A stretch of 63,600 nt of DNA, counting the filler, from Octopus bimaculoides (lineage: Eukaryota): NCBI RefSeq assembly GCF_001194135.2. It is 6 parts of 6 records of this genome, joined end to end, with 100 filler letters (N's around TTAATTAATTAA, not from the genome) between each part and the next. Parts side by side here need not be neighbours in the genome. Positions count along the whole stretch, not along the records: positions 1 to 25,184 come from NC_068985.1; 5 more parts are not named here. The stretch is one strand, 5' to 3'. Both the position numbers and the translations under genes were made by a program. Shown here piece after piece: positions 11,486 through 22,773 of this stretch. The notes under the pieces were generated by a model. That model did no database searches, was not told the origin of the DNA, and saw only the letters and a program-made list of their open reading frames with translations. The number at the start of each line of letters is the position of its first letter. Position 1 is the stretch's first letter.

Positions 11486-13701
11486 TGACATGTACACATA
11501 TATGTATGCATATATATATATGCATATATACACACATGTGCATATATATATATACATATACATATGTATATATATATATATATATNNNNNNNNNNNNNNN
11601 NNNNNNNNNNNNNNNNNNNNNNNNNNNNNNNNNNNNNNNNNNNNNNNNNNNNNNNNNNNNNNNNNNNNNNNNNNNNNNNNNNNNNNNNNNNNNNNNNNNN
11701 NNNNNNNNNNNNNNNNNNNNNNNNNNNNNNNNNNNNNNNNNNNNNNNNNNNNNNNNNNNNNNNNNNNNNNNNNNNNNNNNNNNNNNNNNNNNNNNNNNNN
11801 NNNNNNNNNNNNNNNNNGTGTGTGTGTGTGTGTGTGATATGTGCATATATAAATATATTCATATATATATGAAAGAAGACCATTCTTGCACAGAAGTAGA
11901 ATATTTAATGAAATGATAAAATTTGCTATCCAAATGGCAGGATCTACGTAGACACATATTTCTTTGAATTCACTCTTCTGAAGATGGGCATTCGCGCCCG
12001 AAATAAATTTTTCAACTTTCATCTCTGCATTGTTAGAAGCTTTTCTCATTTCGTTTATTATTTTGTTTATATATATATTCACATGCATACATACACATGC
12101 ATATATATACATACATACACATATATATATATATGTATATATATGTATATATATATATATATATGTATGCATATATATATATAATATATAAATATATGCA
12201 TATATCCATACATATATGTGCATACCTACATCTATATTTATACATACATGCATATATGGGTACAGGATATAAAAAAAAAAACGTTAAACACAATGAGAAA
12301 CGAAAACATAGAAAACGAACTTTTTTCGAACAACGAAACAGACAAACAGAGAAACGAGACATGCAACATAAAGAGTAAACCCCTTCGTCAGTTGTCCCTG
12401 TTTCATCTACTCCGCGTTTCGAAGGCAAGGAAAATACGCGACTTCGTTGAAACAGTCCTTCCCGCAAAGCAAATTAAATAAAATGGGGATTTTTGCGGAG
12501 GGTGAAAGTGTTANNNNNNNNNNNNNNNNNNNNNNNNNNNNNNNNNNNNNNNNNNNNNNNNNNNNNNNNNNNNNNNNNNNNNNNNNNNNNNNNNNNNNNN
12601 NNNNNNNNNNNNNNNNNNNNNNNNNNNNNNNNNNNNNNNNNNNNNNNNNNNNNNNNNNNNNNNNNNNNNNNNNNNNNNNNNNNNNNNNNNNNNNNNNNNN
12701 NNNNNNNNNNNNNNNNNNNNNNNNNNNNNNNNNNNNNNNNNNNNNNNNNNNNNNNNNNNNNNNNNNNNNNNNNNNNNNNNNNNNNNNNNNNNNNNNNNNN
12801 NNNNNNNNNNNNNNNNNNNNNNNNNNNNNNNNNNNNNNNNNNNNNNNNNNNNNNNNNNNNNNNNNNNNNNNNNNNNNNNNNNNNNNNNNNNNNNNNNNNN
12901 NNNNNNNNNNNNNNNNNNNNNNNNNNNNNNNNNNNNNNNNNNNNNNNNNNNNNNNNNNNNNNNNNNNNNNNNNNNNNNNNNNNNNNNNNNNNNNNNNNNN
13001 NNNNNNNNNNNNNNNNNNNNNNNNNNNNNNNNNNNNNNNNNNNNNNNNNNNNNNNNNNNNNNNNNNNNNNNNNNNNNNNNNNNNNNNNNNNNNNNNNNNN
13101 NNNNNNNNNNNNNNNNNNNNNNNNNNNNNNNNNNNNNNNNNNNNTATATATATATATATATATATGCGCACACATACGTACCTAAAAAGACATATACACA
13201 CACACATACATACATACATGCATGCGTAGGCACGTATGTACGTACGTATGTACGTACGTATGTATGTATGTATGTATGTATGTGTGTATGTATGTATGTG
13301 TGTATGTATGTGTTACTGCTGCAGTAAAGCTGGATGGTTTAGAAGTTCGATTCGCAATCATGAAGTCGAATACTCGACCGATCCTACTGCATGACATCTT
13401 GGGCAAACGTTAATTTCAATGGTCGCGGGTCGATCCGTACCTCGTGAGTGAAACTTGGTAAACAGAATCTATATAAAGACCAATCATGTGAATTGAACTA
13501 GTGATTTAAAAGGTACAGCGTTGTCACACACGGTGTCAAACCGATTCTGCCAGATATTTATATTTATATTTATATTATGTTAACCCGCTTACACATTAAT
13601 TCAAGAGCAGATAATTTAGTTGATCAAACAACTGAATACTCTTCGTTGAAACCGTTGTGGAACTATGAATGCACAGATAGAGATGGGAAAGAGAGAGAAA
13701 A

Positions 13702-13786
<85 letters not shown>

Positions 13787-14712
13787 AAAACAGACAGCTA
13801 GACAGACAGACTGACAGACTAGTTAAGACATACAGACATACAGACAGATATATATATATATATAGATAGATAGATAGATCGATAGATAGATAGATAGATA
13901 GATAGGTAAGCAGAGAGAGAGAAATAAAGAGAGACAGACAGAGACGGAGAAAGAGCAGCACAGGGAAAGGAAATGAAAGGTGAGAGAGACAAGGGTGGTG
14001 TGGTGGGAGGGAGGAGGTTCGCTGGTTAACAGTGATATAATGTTGGATATAAATCTCCGATCTAGACGTGGCTCCATCTGCTCAATTCGTTGGAGCTGCC
14101 CTTTTCGTATGAGTGGCCGAGTAACGTAATGCCACGTGGCATTTAAAGTTAGCGCAGCGACAACGATGTAATATACTACCATCATCACCATCATCATCAT
14201 CGTCAATAACAAGAACAACAGCTGCTGCAGCAGTGCACACAATCACAAACATTAAAAAACAACTGAAGCTGCTGCTGTTGTAGCAACAGCACTAAGGAAA
14301 GTTAGTTGCATTTGGACGACATTGAAAGTAGAAAACAAAGGGAAGGAAGAAAAGAAGAGAAGAGGTCAAGGAAGGAAAGGGGGGAAATGAAATAAGAAGG
14401 AAAGAAAGAAAGAAAGAAAGAAAGAAAACGAGTGAATGGATGAAAATTGTAAGAAAGGGAGTTGATAAAAATATAGGAAGCCACTGGTTAAAGTGAAGAA
14501 TGAAACAGACGTAGATAAAAAAAAAGTTCATGTAATAAGAGAATTTAAAACAAAATTATATTTAACACTATGATATGCAATAACGAAACATAGATTTCAC
14601 AAAACATGTCTTAATTCGTTGAATCGAGACATTTATTCATTGGGAATGATCCAACTGTTAACTAGAAAACAGTCGAGCCTATAACCAAACTTTATGTGAA
14701 ATATATAAATAG

Positions 14713-14852
14713 ATGCTTCCCAAACACACGGTTCCGGGTTCAGTCCCACTACGTGGTAACTTGGGCAAGTGTCTTCTACTATAGCCCCCGGTCAACTAAA
14801 CCCTTGTGAGTGGATCCGGTCGACGGAAACTGAAAGAAGCCCGTCGTATACA

Positions 14853-14892
<40 letters not shown>

Positions 14893-15067
14893 AATATCTA
14901 TGTGTGTCTTTGTTTCTGTGTTTATCCCGCCATCACTGCTTGACAACCGGTGTTGGTGTGTTTACGTCCCCGTAAGTCCCTGGGATCGATTTGTTCGACT
15001 ATAACACTTCAAGGCGGTGCTCCAGCATGGCCGCAGTCACATAACTGAAACAACTAAAAGAATAAAG
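14713..15067 (+). mobile_element. tRNA-derived SINE family A with internal (TA)n
   Basis: B box GGTTCAGTCCC, CORE-like TTGGGCAAGTGTCTT, internal (TA)n, and 3' GGCGGTGCTCCAGCATGGCCGCAGTC tail. It has an internal deletion relative to the copy at 38004. Confidence 0.85.
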
Positions 15068-15539
15068 GAATAAAATGGAAAAGATTTCTGATGATAAAAT
15101 AGTGACTTCCGATTAGTTTAGCCCTTTGCCTGTTTGCCCTGCTTATCACGTGATACCCTGGATATGTTTCCCTGATGTACATGCATCGTATACGATACAC
15201 ATTTGGTTTTTGTTTTGTTTTGTTTTGTTTTGTTTGTCTTTTTTCAACCACCAGTGTAACTTAAGACTTATGCAAGAAAAGTATTGATCAGAATGTATAA
15301 AACAAAGGCTAACTAAAAGTCTGAGAACAAACATAGATGTTTAGGACAAACTTATGAAAATTATTTGGGTCGCCAAAGGGTTGGTATTGAATCCAAGTAT
15401 TCTTGGATTGTAGGTAAAGAGCTCGACCATCTCACTGCTGTCACCTACACGTCTTTCCTTCTGTTCGCAACTGAGGCACAAACTTTGCACAAATTTAGAA
15501 CAGTTGTCAGACCAACTCCAAACTATGTGCTCATTGCCA

Positions 15540-15840
15540 TTTTAGACAGAAAATTGTGAATTTTCTCAACCACCTCCGATGCTCTGACGTCTCTCTGCCT
15601 CCCACACTTCTCATGGTCTCTCGGATCCTCTCTACCCTCATTGAACTCTTGTGCTAGCAAAACAGACGCTCGGCTCATACAAGTTAATCCATAAACAGTC
15701 TTCAGTATTTCATAAGTTTCTGTAGCATTTCTGCCCAGTGTAACACAAAGCCTTATCATAAAACGCGCTTCTAAATTGTCTTCACGTCCCGACTGCATTC
15801 TGCAAACTAGTCATCTGTGACAAGCAGTGTTTAGTGGAGT
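15540..15840 (-). mobile_element. Mariner transposase N-terminal remnant
   Basis: RFMIRLCVTLGRNATETYEILKTVYGLTCMSRASV...FNEGRED...CGRQR, a typical mariner HTH region. Confidence 0.8.
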
Positions 15841-15989
15841 ATATCCAAAGTACTATTACAGCCGTCTCCTAGCTGGAATGACAAGAACGAGCAGATTGAC
15901 TTTATTCGATGTATAGTAATGATATACTAAAATTACAATAATCTAGGACAGTTACAACTGCCTTTCCTAAAGCAAAATGTCTCAAAACT

Positions 15990-16265
15990 TCTAGAATGCA
16001 CCTTGTATCATCAAAATGATTAACTGCACCATTCTTTTTTAACGGTGACTGACTGGTCCCATTTATTTCAATTTGCTGTAGAAATTTGTTATACCAAACA
16101 TTCAAGAAACCTTTGAAGTTGTGGAGTTTTATTTGAAGCAAGATGGGGCACCCTCACGTATGGACCTACCTTGGTGAGATTTTACCAAACAGGTGGATTG
16201 GACGAAGAGGTTTAGTAGAATAATCTCCGCGTTCACCGGACCTCACACCACTAAACTTCTTTTTA
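15990..16265 (+). mobile_element. Tc1/mariner DD-D/E catalytic domain remnant
   Basis: APFFF..G..Y.NLL..FVIP; YLKQDGAP; PNRWIGRRG...SPRSPDLTPLNFF (QDGAP and WPPRSPDLTP motifs). Confidence 0.8.
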
Positions 16266-16540
16266 TGATGATACTTAACAAAGTTTACACACACATACAC
16301 ACATATGTATGCATGAATGTATGTATAATTCTTGTTTCTTGCATTGGAACTTGCTTACAAATGTTCTGGGATGAGGTATAACTGATCCAAGTATTTTACT
16401 TGTATTTGTCCGATACAGTTATGATGAAAGATGTTCAACCCGGTGGGATTTGATTTCAGATGCAAAATAAAGGAAGAGCGGTGACTAAATAATTTTGGGT
16501 ATTTTCTCCATCCAACAATCATCTCTCTCACCCTTCCATT

Positions 16541-16738
16541 TTACTCTTTTACTCTTTTACTTGTTTCAGTCATTTGACTGCGGCCATGCTGGAGCACCGC
16601 CTTTAGTCGAGCAAATCGACCCCAGGACTTATTCTTTGTAAGCCTAGTACTTATTATATCGGTCTCTTTTGCCGAACCGCTAGACTACGAGGACGTAAAC
16701 ACACCACCATCGGTTGTCAAACGATGTTGGGGGGACAA

Positions 16739-16781
<43 letters not shown>

Positions 16782-16948
16782 CATATATACGACAGGCTTC
16801 TTTCAGTTTCTGTCTACCAAATCCACTCACAAGAGTTTGGTCGGCCCGAGGCTATACCAGAAGACACTTGCCCAAGGTGCCACGCAATGGGACTGAACCC
16901 GGATCTATGTGGCTGGTAAGCAAGCTACTTACCACACAGCCACTCCTG
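16541..16948 (-). mobile_element. SINE family A, near full length
   Basis: Reverse complement of the family A consensus seen at 38004-38430, from the (TTTTACTC)n tail to CAGCCACTCCTG. Confidence 0.92.
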
Positions 16949-17307
16949 TTATTAAAATGATATTGATTTCTTACCTAAGCACAAAACATCAGATTTGGTG
17001 TGAGTCGATAATATATCAACTCCAGAACTTGACTGAGACTTAATTTCATTGACCTAGAAAGTATGAAAGGCAGAGCTGCTTTTGCCAAGATTTGATCTTA
17101 GAACGTGAAAAGTTGTAACTAAACACCACGAAGCATTTTGTCCATACTAACGATTCTGCTAATCTACCGCCCTTTCTATAATATTACAAGGCAACAAGGG
17201 AACCTCTACATCGTATTTCAACCTAGTAGAAATAGCAGCCAAATCTCAAATAGCCCCTACTTTCTTGAAAAATAAAGAACATATTAGATAAATAAAACCA
17301 AAAGAAT

Positions 17308-17357
<50 letters not shown>

Positions 17358-18289
17358 NNNNNNNNNNNNNNNNNNNNNNNNNNNNNNNNNNNNNNNNNNN
17401 NNNNNNNNNNNNNNNNNNNNNNNNNNNNNNNNNNNNNNNNNNNNNNNNNNNNNNNNNNNNNNNNNNNNNNNNNNNNNNNNNNNNNNNNNNNNNNNNNNNN
17501 NNNNNNNNNNNNNNNNNNNNNNNNNNNNNNNNNNNNNNNNNNNNNNNNNNNNNNNNNNNNNNNNNNNNNNNNNNNNNNNNNNNNNNNNNNNNNNNNNNNN
17601 NNNNNNNNNNNNNNNNNNNNNNNNNNNNNNNNNNNNNNNNNNNNNNNNNNNNNNNNNNNNNNNNNNNNNNNNNNNNNNNNNNNNNNNNNNNNNNNNNNNN
17701 NNNNNNNNNNNNNNNNNNNNNNNNNNNNNNNNNNNNNNNNNNNNNNNNNNNNNNNNNNNNNNNNNNNNNNNNNNNNNNNNNNNNNNNNNNNNNNNNNNNN
17801 NNNNNNNNNNNNNNNNNNNNNNNNNNNNNNNNNNNNGAGCAAAGACTCAGAAACATGTCTCTGGACGCAGGCTTAGCTGGGTGGAGGTGCTTGTCTCCCC
17901 CTTGTAAACATAAGGACACAGGAAATGTGTCAAGGCCGACAGGAAGCGGTGTAGCTTCCTAGGTCTAACCAACAGTAGTATTATTCCCTTCAGGGGACTG
18001 TCGCATTAAGTTGACAGCATACAACTACAATAACGATAATGTTTTAATTTATGAAAGGATGGTAAAATGGCAAACATGGGTGATAAATTAATTAAAACTT
18101 CCCCATATTTAATTATGTTATATTACGTTTTGAGTTCAAGTACTGGTGTGTTGAACTTTACTTCACAACCTGTTGTCGATGCAATAAGTACCAGCCACAA
18201 GAGATACGATATATTACATTACCTGCTTCACCTCTCACAGTGTTGTGCCTAGTTACAGATTTTTACATACTACCGGATTATGCTTTGTT

Positions 18290-18445
18290 TCAGACCAATC
18301 ATGGGTAAACTGTGGTCCGCAGGAGTTTTTGGATGGCACACCTCACGAAAATTTACCGTGAATTTTTTTAGCAATGTTGCACACCTGATGTTGAGCTATG
18401 TCTCATCCGGCCCGCTTCTCGAAAAAGATTGCCAGTACCTGCTTT
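18290..18445. mobile_element. Possible hAT-type MITE
   Basis: The ends CATGGGTAAACTGTGGTCCGC ... CGGCCCGC..AAAAAGATTGCCAGTACCTG resemble Charlie-type CAGG..TGGGCAAACT/GCGGCCCGC termini. Degenerate. Confidence 0.45.
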
Positions 18446-18605
18446 AGACCAATATTTTTCATGGGTGTGATACGCCTCGGAGAAAAGTGCTATGAGAATT
18501 GAACGGGGGAGAACAAATTGTGGTATTTTTTTATGAAATCAGAGTAGACTGGAGCAATTGTGTAACGTAAGTGCTTTGTTCAAGGCCTCAACGCACTGCC
18601 CGGTC

Positions 18606-19580
18606 TACGAAATTTTTTTCCCACGAGAGTTCCGGACCCCAGTAATGAACTCATTTGCATACAACAAATCAGGACTCACTTTGAAAATCCACATACAGTA
18701 CAGCCAGTCACATAAGCACCGCATCCCACCCCCTATTGTTATAGATCAATTGAGTACCATCTCTATATGGAGCTAACATTAGGTACCTATGCTGAGACTG
18801 AGATTAGTGATACTGCATGTACCCATTGATATATGCAAGGAGGGTGCATATATCAATATTGATTGCAATGTTTCCAGATCAACACCAATATTTTAAATTA
18901 GGAATGTACAAAATCAGTCAAAAAATTAAGAAACTACACTCATTTACATTTTCTAGTGAATTACGCAAATTGGCAAAACTTATGGCATCATCGGTGGGCA
19001 GCTCTCCATTCACTTTATACACTAAATTTCACATTTGTCAGTCCTATTAACTCGTTTAGAACAGTTAGATTTTGCTATAACGCTCATTCTTCACTGGAGG
19101 CGCAATAGCCCAGTGGTTAGGACAGCGAACTCGCGGTCGTAGGATCGCGGTTTCGATTCCCAGACCGGGTTTTGTGAGTGTTTATTGAGCGAAAACACCG
19201 AAAGCTCCACGAGGCTCCGGCAGCGAGGAGGGTGAACCCTGCTGTACTCTCTCACCACAATTTTCTCTCACTCTTTCTTCCTGTTTTTGTTGTACCTATA
19301 TTTCAAAGGACCAGCCTTGTCACACTCTGTGTCACGCTGAATCTCGCCAGGAACTACGTTAAGGGTACACGTGTCTGTGGAGTGCTCAGCCACTTGCACG
19401 TTAATTTCACGAGCAGGCTGTTCTGTTGATCAAATCAAGTGGAACCCTCGTCGTCGTAACCGACGGAGTGCCAACCATTCTCCACTGAACTCAACCAGAG
19501 TATTTTCGTTGAGCTCTAATTGGCTGTATGCAAATAAGTTCATAACTGGGGCCCGGAACTCGCGTGAGAAAAAAATTTCG
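18606..19580. mobile_element. Non-autonomous DNA transposon (MITE) with ~80-bp TIRs and a 7-9-bp TSD
   Basis: TIRs 18606-18688 and 19502-19582 (TACGAAATTTTTTTCCCACG.. / ..CGTGAGAAAAAAATTTCG). Direct repeat TGCCCGGTC at 18597-18605 and 19581-19589. Confidence 0.88.
19097..19475 (+). mobile_element. tRNA-derived SINE family B, full length, with TSD
   Basis: A box TAGCCCAGTGG and B box GTTTCGATTCCC. TSD CATTCTTCACTG (19085-19096) / CATTCTCCACTG (19476-19487). Sister copy at 39020. Confidence 0.92.
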
Positions 19581-20099
19581 TGCCCGGTCCAAGAATAAAA
19601 TCTACAACCTTTTGATTGTGAGCCCAACAATTTAACTACTAGGCGACGCACCTTCCAGGATGTCAAATAACAACAACCATAAACTCAAAGCCAAAGCATA
19701 AGCACTCGACTGAACTTTACAAAACTGCAATAGTTACCGCAACACTACTAAAAGGACTAACATACCTTTGCACCTAGCGCTTCCCTGCTCCAGCAAAACT
19801 GTTTCTTAGCAAGATATTTACATTGAACTGTGATTCTCGAAACAGAGGGAAGTGCCGGTGACTAGAATCGAGACATGATCTCGTGATTCTTCAGTGTAAG
19901 ATTCACTCATTAATTGCAAATCCTTCAGCTGATACATAGTATCCCCCGAGCGACGAGAGCAGCTGTTACCAACAGTATATTATATGTGAGTATACGTGTG
20001 GTTATTTCTGTGAGTGTGTGTACATTTTCACATGTGTAAGCGTGTTTGTGTGTCTCTGTGTGTGAGAGTGGCATGGTAGGATAATGACGATAATGTAAA

Positions 20100-20303
20100 T
20101 AATAATAATAAGAAGAAGAAGAAGAAGAAGAGGAAGAGGAAGAGGAAGAAGAAGAAGAAGAAGAAGAAGAAGAAGAAGAAGAAGAAGAAAAAGAAGAAGA
20201 AGAAGAAGAAGAAGAAGAAGAAGAAGAAGAAGAAGAAGAAGAAGAAGAAGAAGAAGAAGAAGAAGAAGAAGAAGAAGAAGAAGAAGAAGAAGAAGAAGAA
20301 GAA
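20100..20303 (+). repeat. (AAT)n(GAA)n microsatellite, the 3' tail/target of the adjacent R4-like copy
   Basis: About 190 bp of GAA units directly abutting the element's 3' UTR. Confidence 0.95.
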
Positions 20304-20960
20304 TTGGTTGACTTCTCGGGGCGCTCGATCTTGTTTGCTCTGGTAGATTCTGTGAGAGCGGACAGCAGCCTGCCGCCAGGGGTCTCACAGGGTCTCCTTC
20401 CGCCCATTATAAGCTTTAGTACTTGGCTGTTAATTATCGTGGGAGACGTTCGACATCTAAGTACCCATCAATCTCATAATCCTAGCTTTTCCCTGTAGAG
20501 CAAATTTTTACGCTTGCTCTGCCCTCATGTCAATTCCGATTTCTGACATATTTCTCGAACTTGGTTGTAAGCGCCCCGACGGCCCCTACGACTACTGGAA
20601 TGACAGACACTCTCCTCATAGTCCACATTCTTGCAGTTTCGTCTTTTAATAATCTGTACTTTTCCATCTTTTCTAGTTCTTTGTCATTTATGTGTGCATC
20701 CCCAGGTATCGTAATATCTTGGTTTACTTTTTCCTTTATCTACCAAAACGATATCTGGGCTTCGAGCCTCGATTAGGGAGTCACATTGGATTGTAAAATC
20801 CCACAGTATCTTATATTCCTTGTTCTCGGTGACTCCTTCCATTTCCGTGCTCTGTTCAGGCTGTACTTTTCATATGGCTTCCAGTGGACGAACTTAACCG
20901 CGTTATCGTACCTCCTTTTGTAATGCTTTTGGGCCAGCTTACTACACTCACTCACTCACA
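20304..20960 (-). mobile_element. R4/Dong-like non-LTR 3' fragment (RLE domain + 3' UTR)
   Basis: SECSKLAQKHYKRRYDN; KILWDFTIQCDSLIEARSPDIVLVDK; DITIPGD..INDKELEKMEKY..L..E..RMW...VIPVVVGAVG. Confidence 0.92.
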
Positions 20961-21373
20961 ATATGTGAGATTATTTCGTTTCTGCTGCCACACATCCTAC
21001 AAAGGGGCGATTCGCTACTCTTAGCTGTTTGGAACATGGTGTACTTAGTTCTAAGAGCTTGTTCTTGGGCGCTGCATATCAATGCCTCAGTGCATCCTTT
21101 CAGATCACTTTTTCTTGGCTATCTCCAAGTGTTAATCTTGTTTTTTCTTTCGATTTCTCTGAGGTATTGCTCATGCAGTGGTTTCATTTTCGAATTGTTT
21201 ACTCTTTCATCTTCATCGTGTTTCTTAAATTTTTTGTGACTGCATCACATTTTCGGTAGGTATTGTATTGCCAATTTTTCATAATGATGTTGATTACAAA
21301 ACAAATTCTGTTTAAAAAAAAAGGCAGAGGAGCAGTTAATGAACATACTTAATTTAGTGGTTTGTCTTTTCTT

Positions 21374-22312
21374 TTGTTACCCCCGCCTTAGCGAAGGCGG
21401 GGGTACTGTTTCCAGTCGTGTTTGTTCGTTTGTTTCTCCGTGGACAAGATATTTCAAGAACCGCTGGATGAATTCGGATGAAACTTTCAGGGATGTTTGG
21501 CCTTGTGACTGGCATGAATTGATTAAATTTTGGGATCGATATGGTGCCGGACAAGGATTCTGGATTATTTGTTATATTTACTTTACATCATTACGATCTT
21601 ACGTTGACTTTCAAGTCTTTCTCAATCATCTCCCTTTAGGCTGTTTTCAAAGTTTTATTTTAGTTTCCCTGTTATTAATTTTACTCTCGTCTCTATCTTA
21701 GTAGAAACTGATGGATAAAGAAATCAAACTACATAAACAAACGACAGCAAAACCGTTCAGAAATTAAATAACACTAAAATATTTTTATAATATATATATT
21801 ATATATTATACATTCATATTAACACTTTACAGTATACCTACATATATACATACATCTACACATCGATCTAAAACAATAGGAATACTAAAGAAAGGCCGGA
21901 ATTTAAGAGAAGAGAAAACCAAAAGGTCTCGTGCTATCCATTTAAAAATTCCTGAGTAGAACTTATTATTACCTCCGCCTTTGAAACTATTTTGAATGGT
22001 GAATTTGTTTACTTGGCTTGTATTAGATAAGGATAAACTATCGATTACTGTTACTAAATTTACTACAGCTACCTTCACATTCCATGACTACTATTGGGAT
22101 CGATCAGGCATTGGACAAGGATTCTGGATTATTTTACCGGGGTTTTTTACTTAATTTTTGAGAGCAGTCAGGTTCATTTTTAGTATTCGCGTTTGTGAGA
22201 GCAATGGAGTTTTATTTCAGATATTCTCATTCTAAAAATCATCTCTGGCTAATAGTTGAGAAGACGTTGGTGTTGCCTTGGTGGAGGTTTACGCTCTCTG
22301 AGTGCTCTTGTT
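21374..22312 (+). mobile_element. Helentron-associated (HINE/DINE-1/Pearl-like) non-autonomous element
   Basis: 5' perfect 12-bp hairpin TACCCCCGCCTT-AGCG-AAGGCGGGGGTA (21378-21405), then a (GTTT)-like run and ATGAAACTTTCAGG. Repeated core GGGATCGAT..GGACAAGGATTCTGGATTATTT at about 21530 and 22095. 3' subTIR GGTGGAGGT plus small hairpin GCTC-TCT-GAGTGC before a T-rich flank. Confidence 0.7.
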
Positions 22313-22731
22313 TATTATTGTTATTGATTTTTTTATGATTGGGAGAGAAGCCTACAAACTACCACTGCGCAAAATGATATGAATACTACAAATCAACAAG
22401 AGAACTTATACTTAGTTGCACGACCTACTATAACTATCAAGTCGCTAATTCACACCCTACCGTCATGTAGTTCGTAATCAACAAAAAGACTGGGATTTCT
22501 TTCATCGTGGATCTGCTCAACCAGTGATGATCTTGGAATGAACAACAATTGTGACAATTCAAAAGATCATTCGTAGAGCTAACAAATACGTCGTTTTTCT
22601 TTTTATTTCCTGTAGACCAATCTTGCTTGTAGAGTAAAGTAATAATAATAACACATAAGACAGAGTTAAAACAGTATGTCTTAATTTGCCACATAAAGCA
22701 AAGCAGAGTTCATATTAAAATGTTTTGAAAT

Positions 22732-22773
<42 letters not shown>

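Larger units (their letters stand above)
18565..19660 (-). mobile_element. tRNA-SINE (family D-like) split by a MITE insertion
   Basis: Joining 18565-18605 to 19590-19660 rebuilds a contiguous antisense SINE head (AAGTGCTTTGTTCAAG..GCACTGCCCGGTC|CAAGAATAAAATC...ACTACTAGGCGACGCACCTTCCA). Confidence 0.7.

Noticed and set aside
13310-13450. Short ORFs in CpG-rich unique sequence (e.g. CCSKAGWFRSS)
   Set aside because: All frames terminate quickly and no family was recognised; insufficient evidence for an exon.
19097-19170. tRNA-like A/B boxes (also at 10301, 38004 and 61428)
   Set aside because: These are SINE heads continuing into body and tail with TSDs, and no complete cloverleaf is present. 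They are not tRNA genes.
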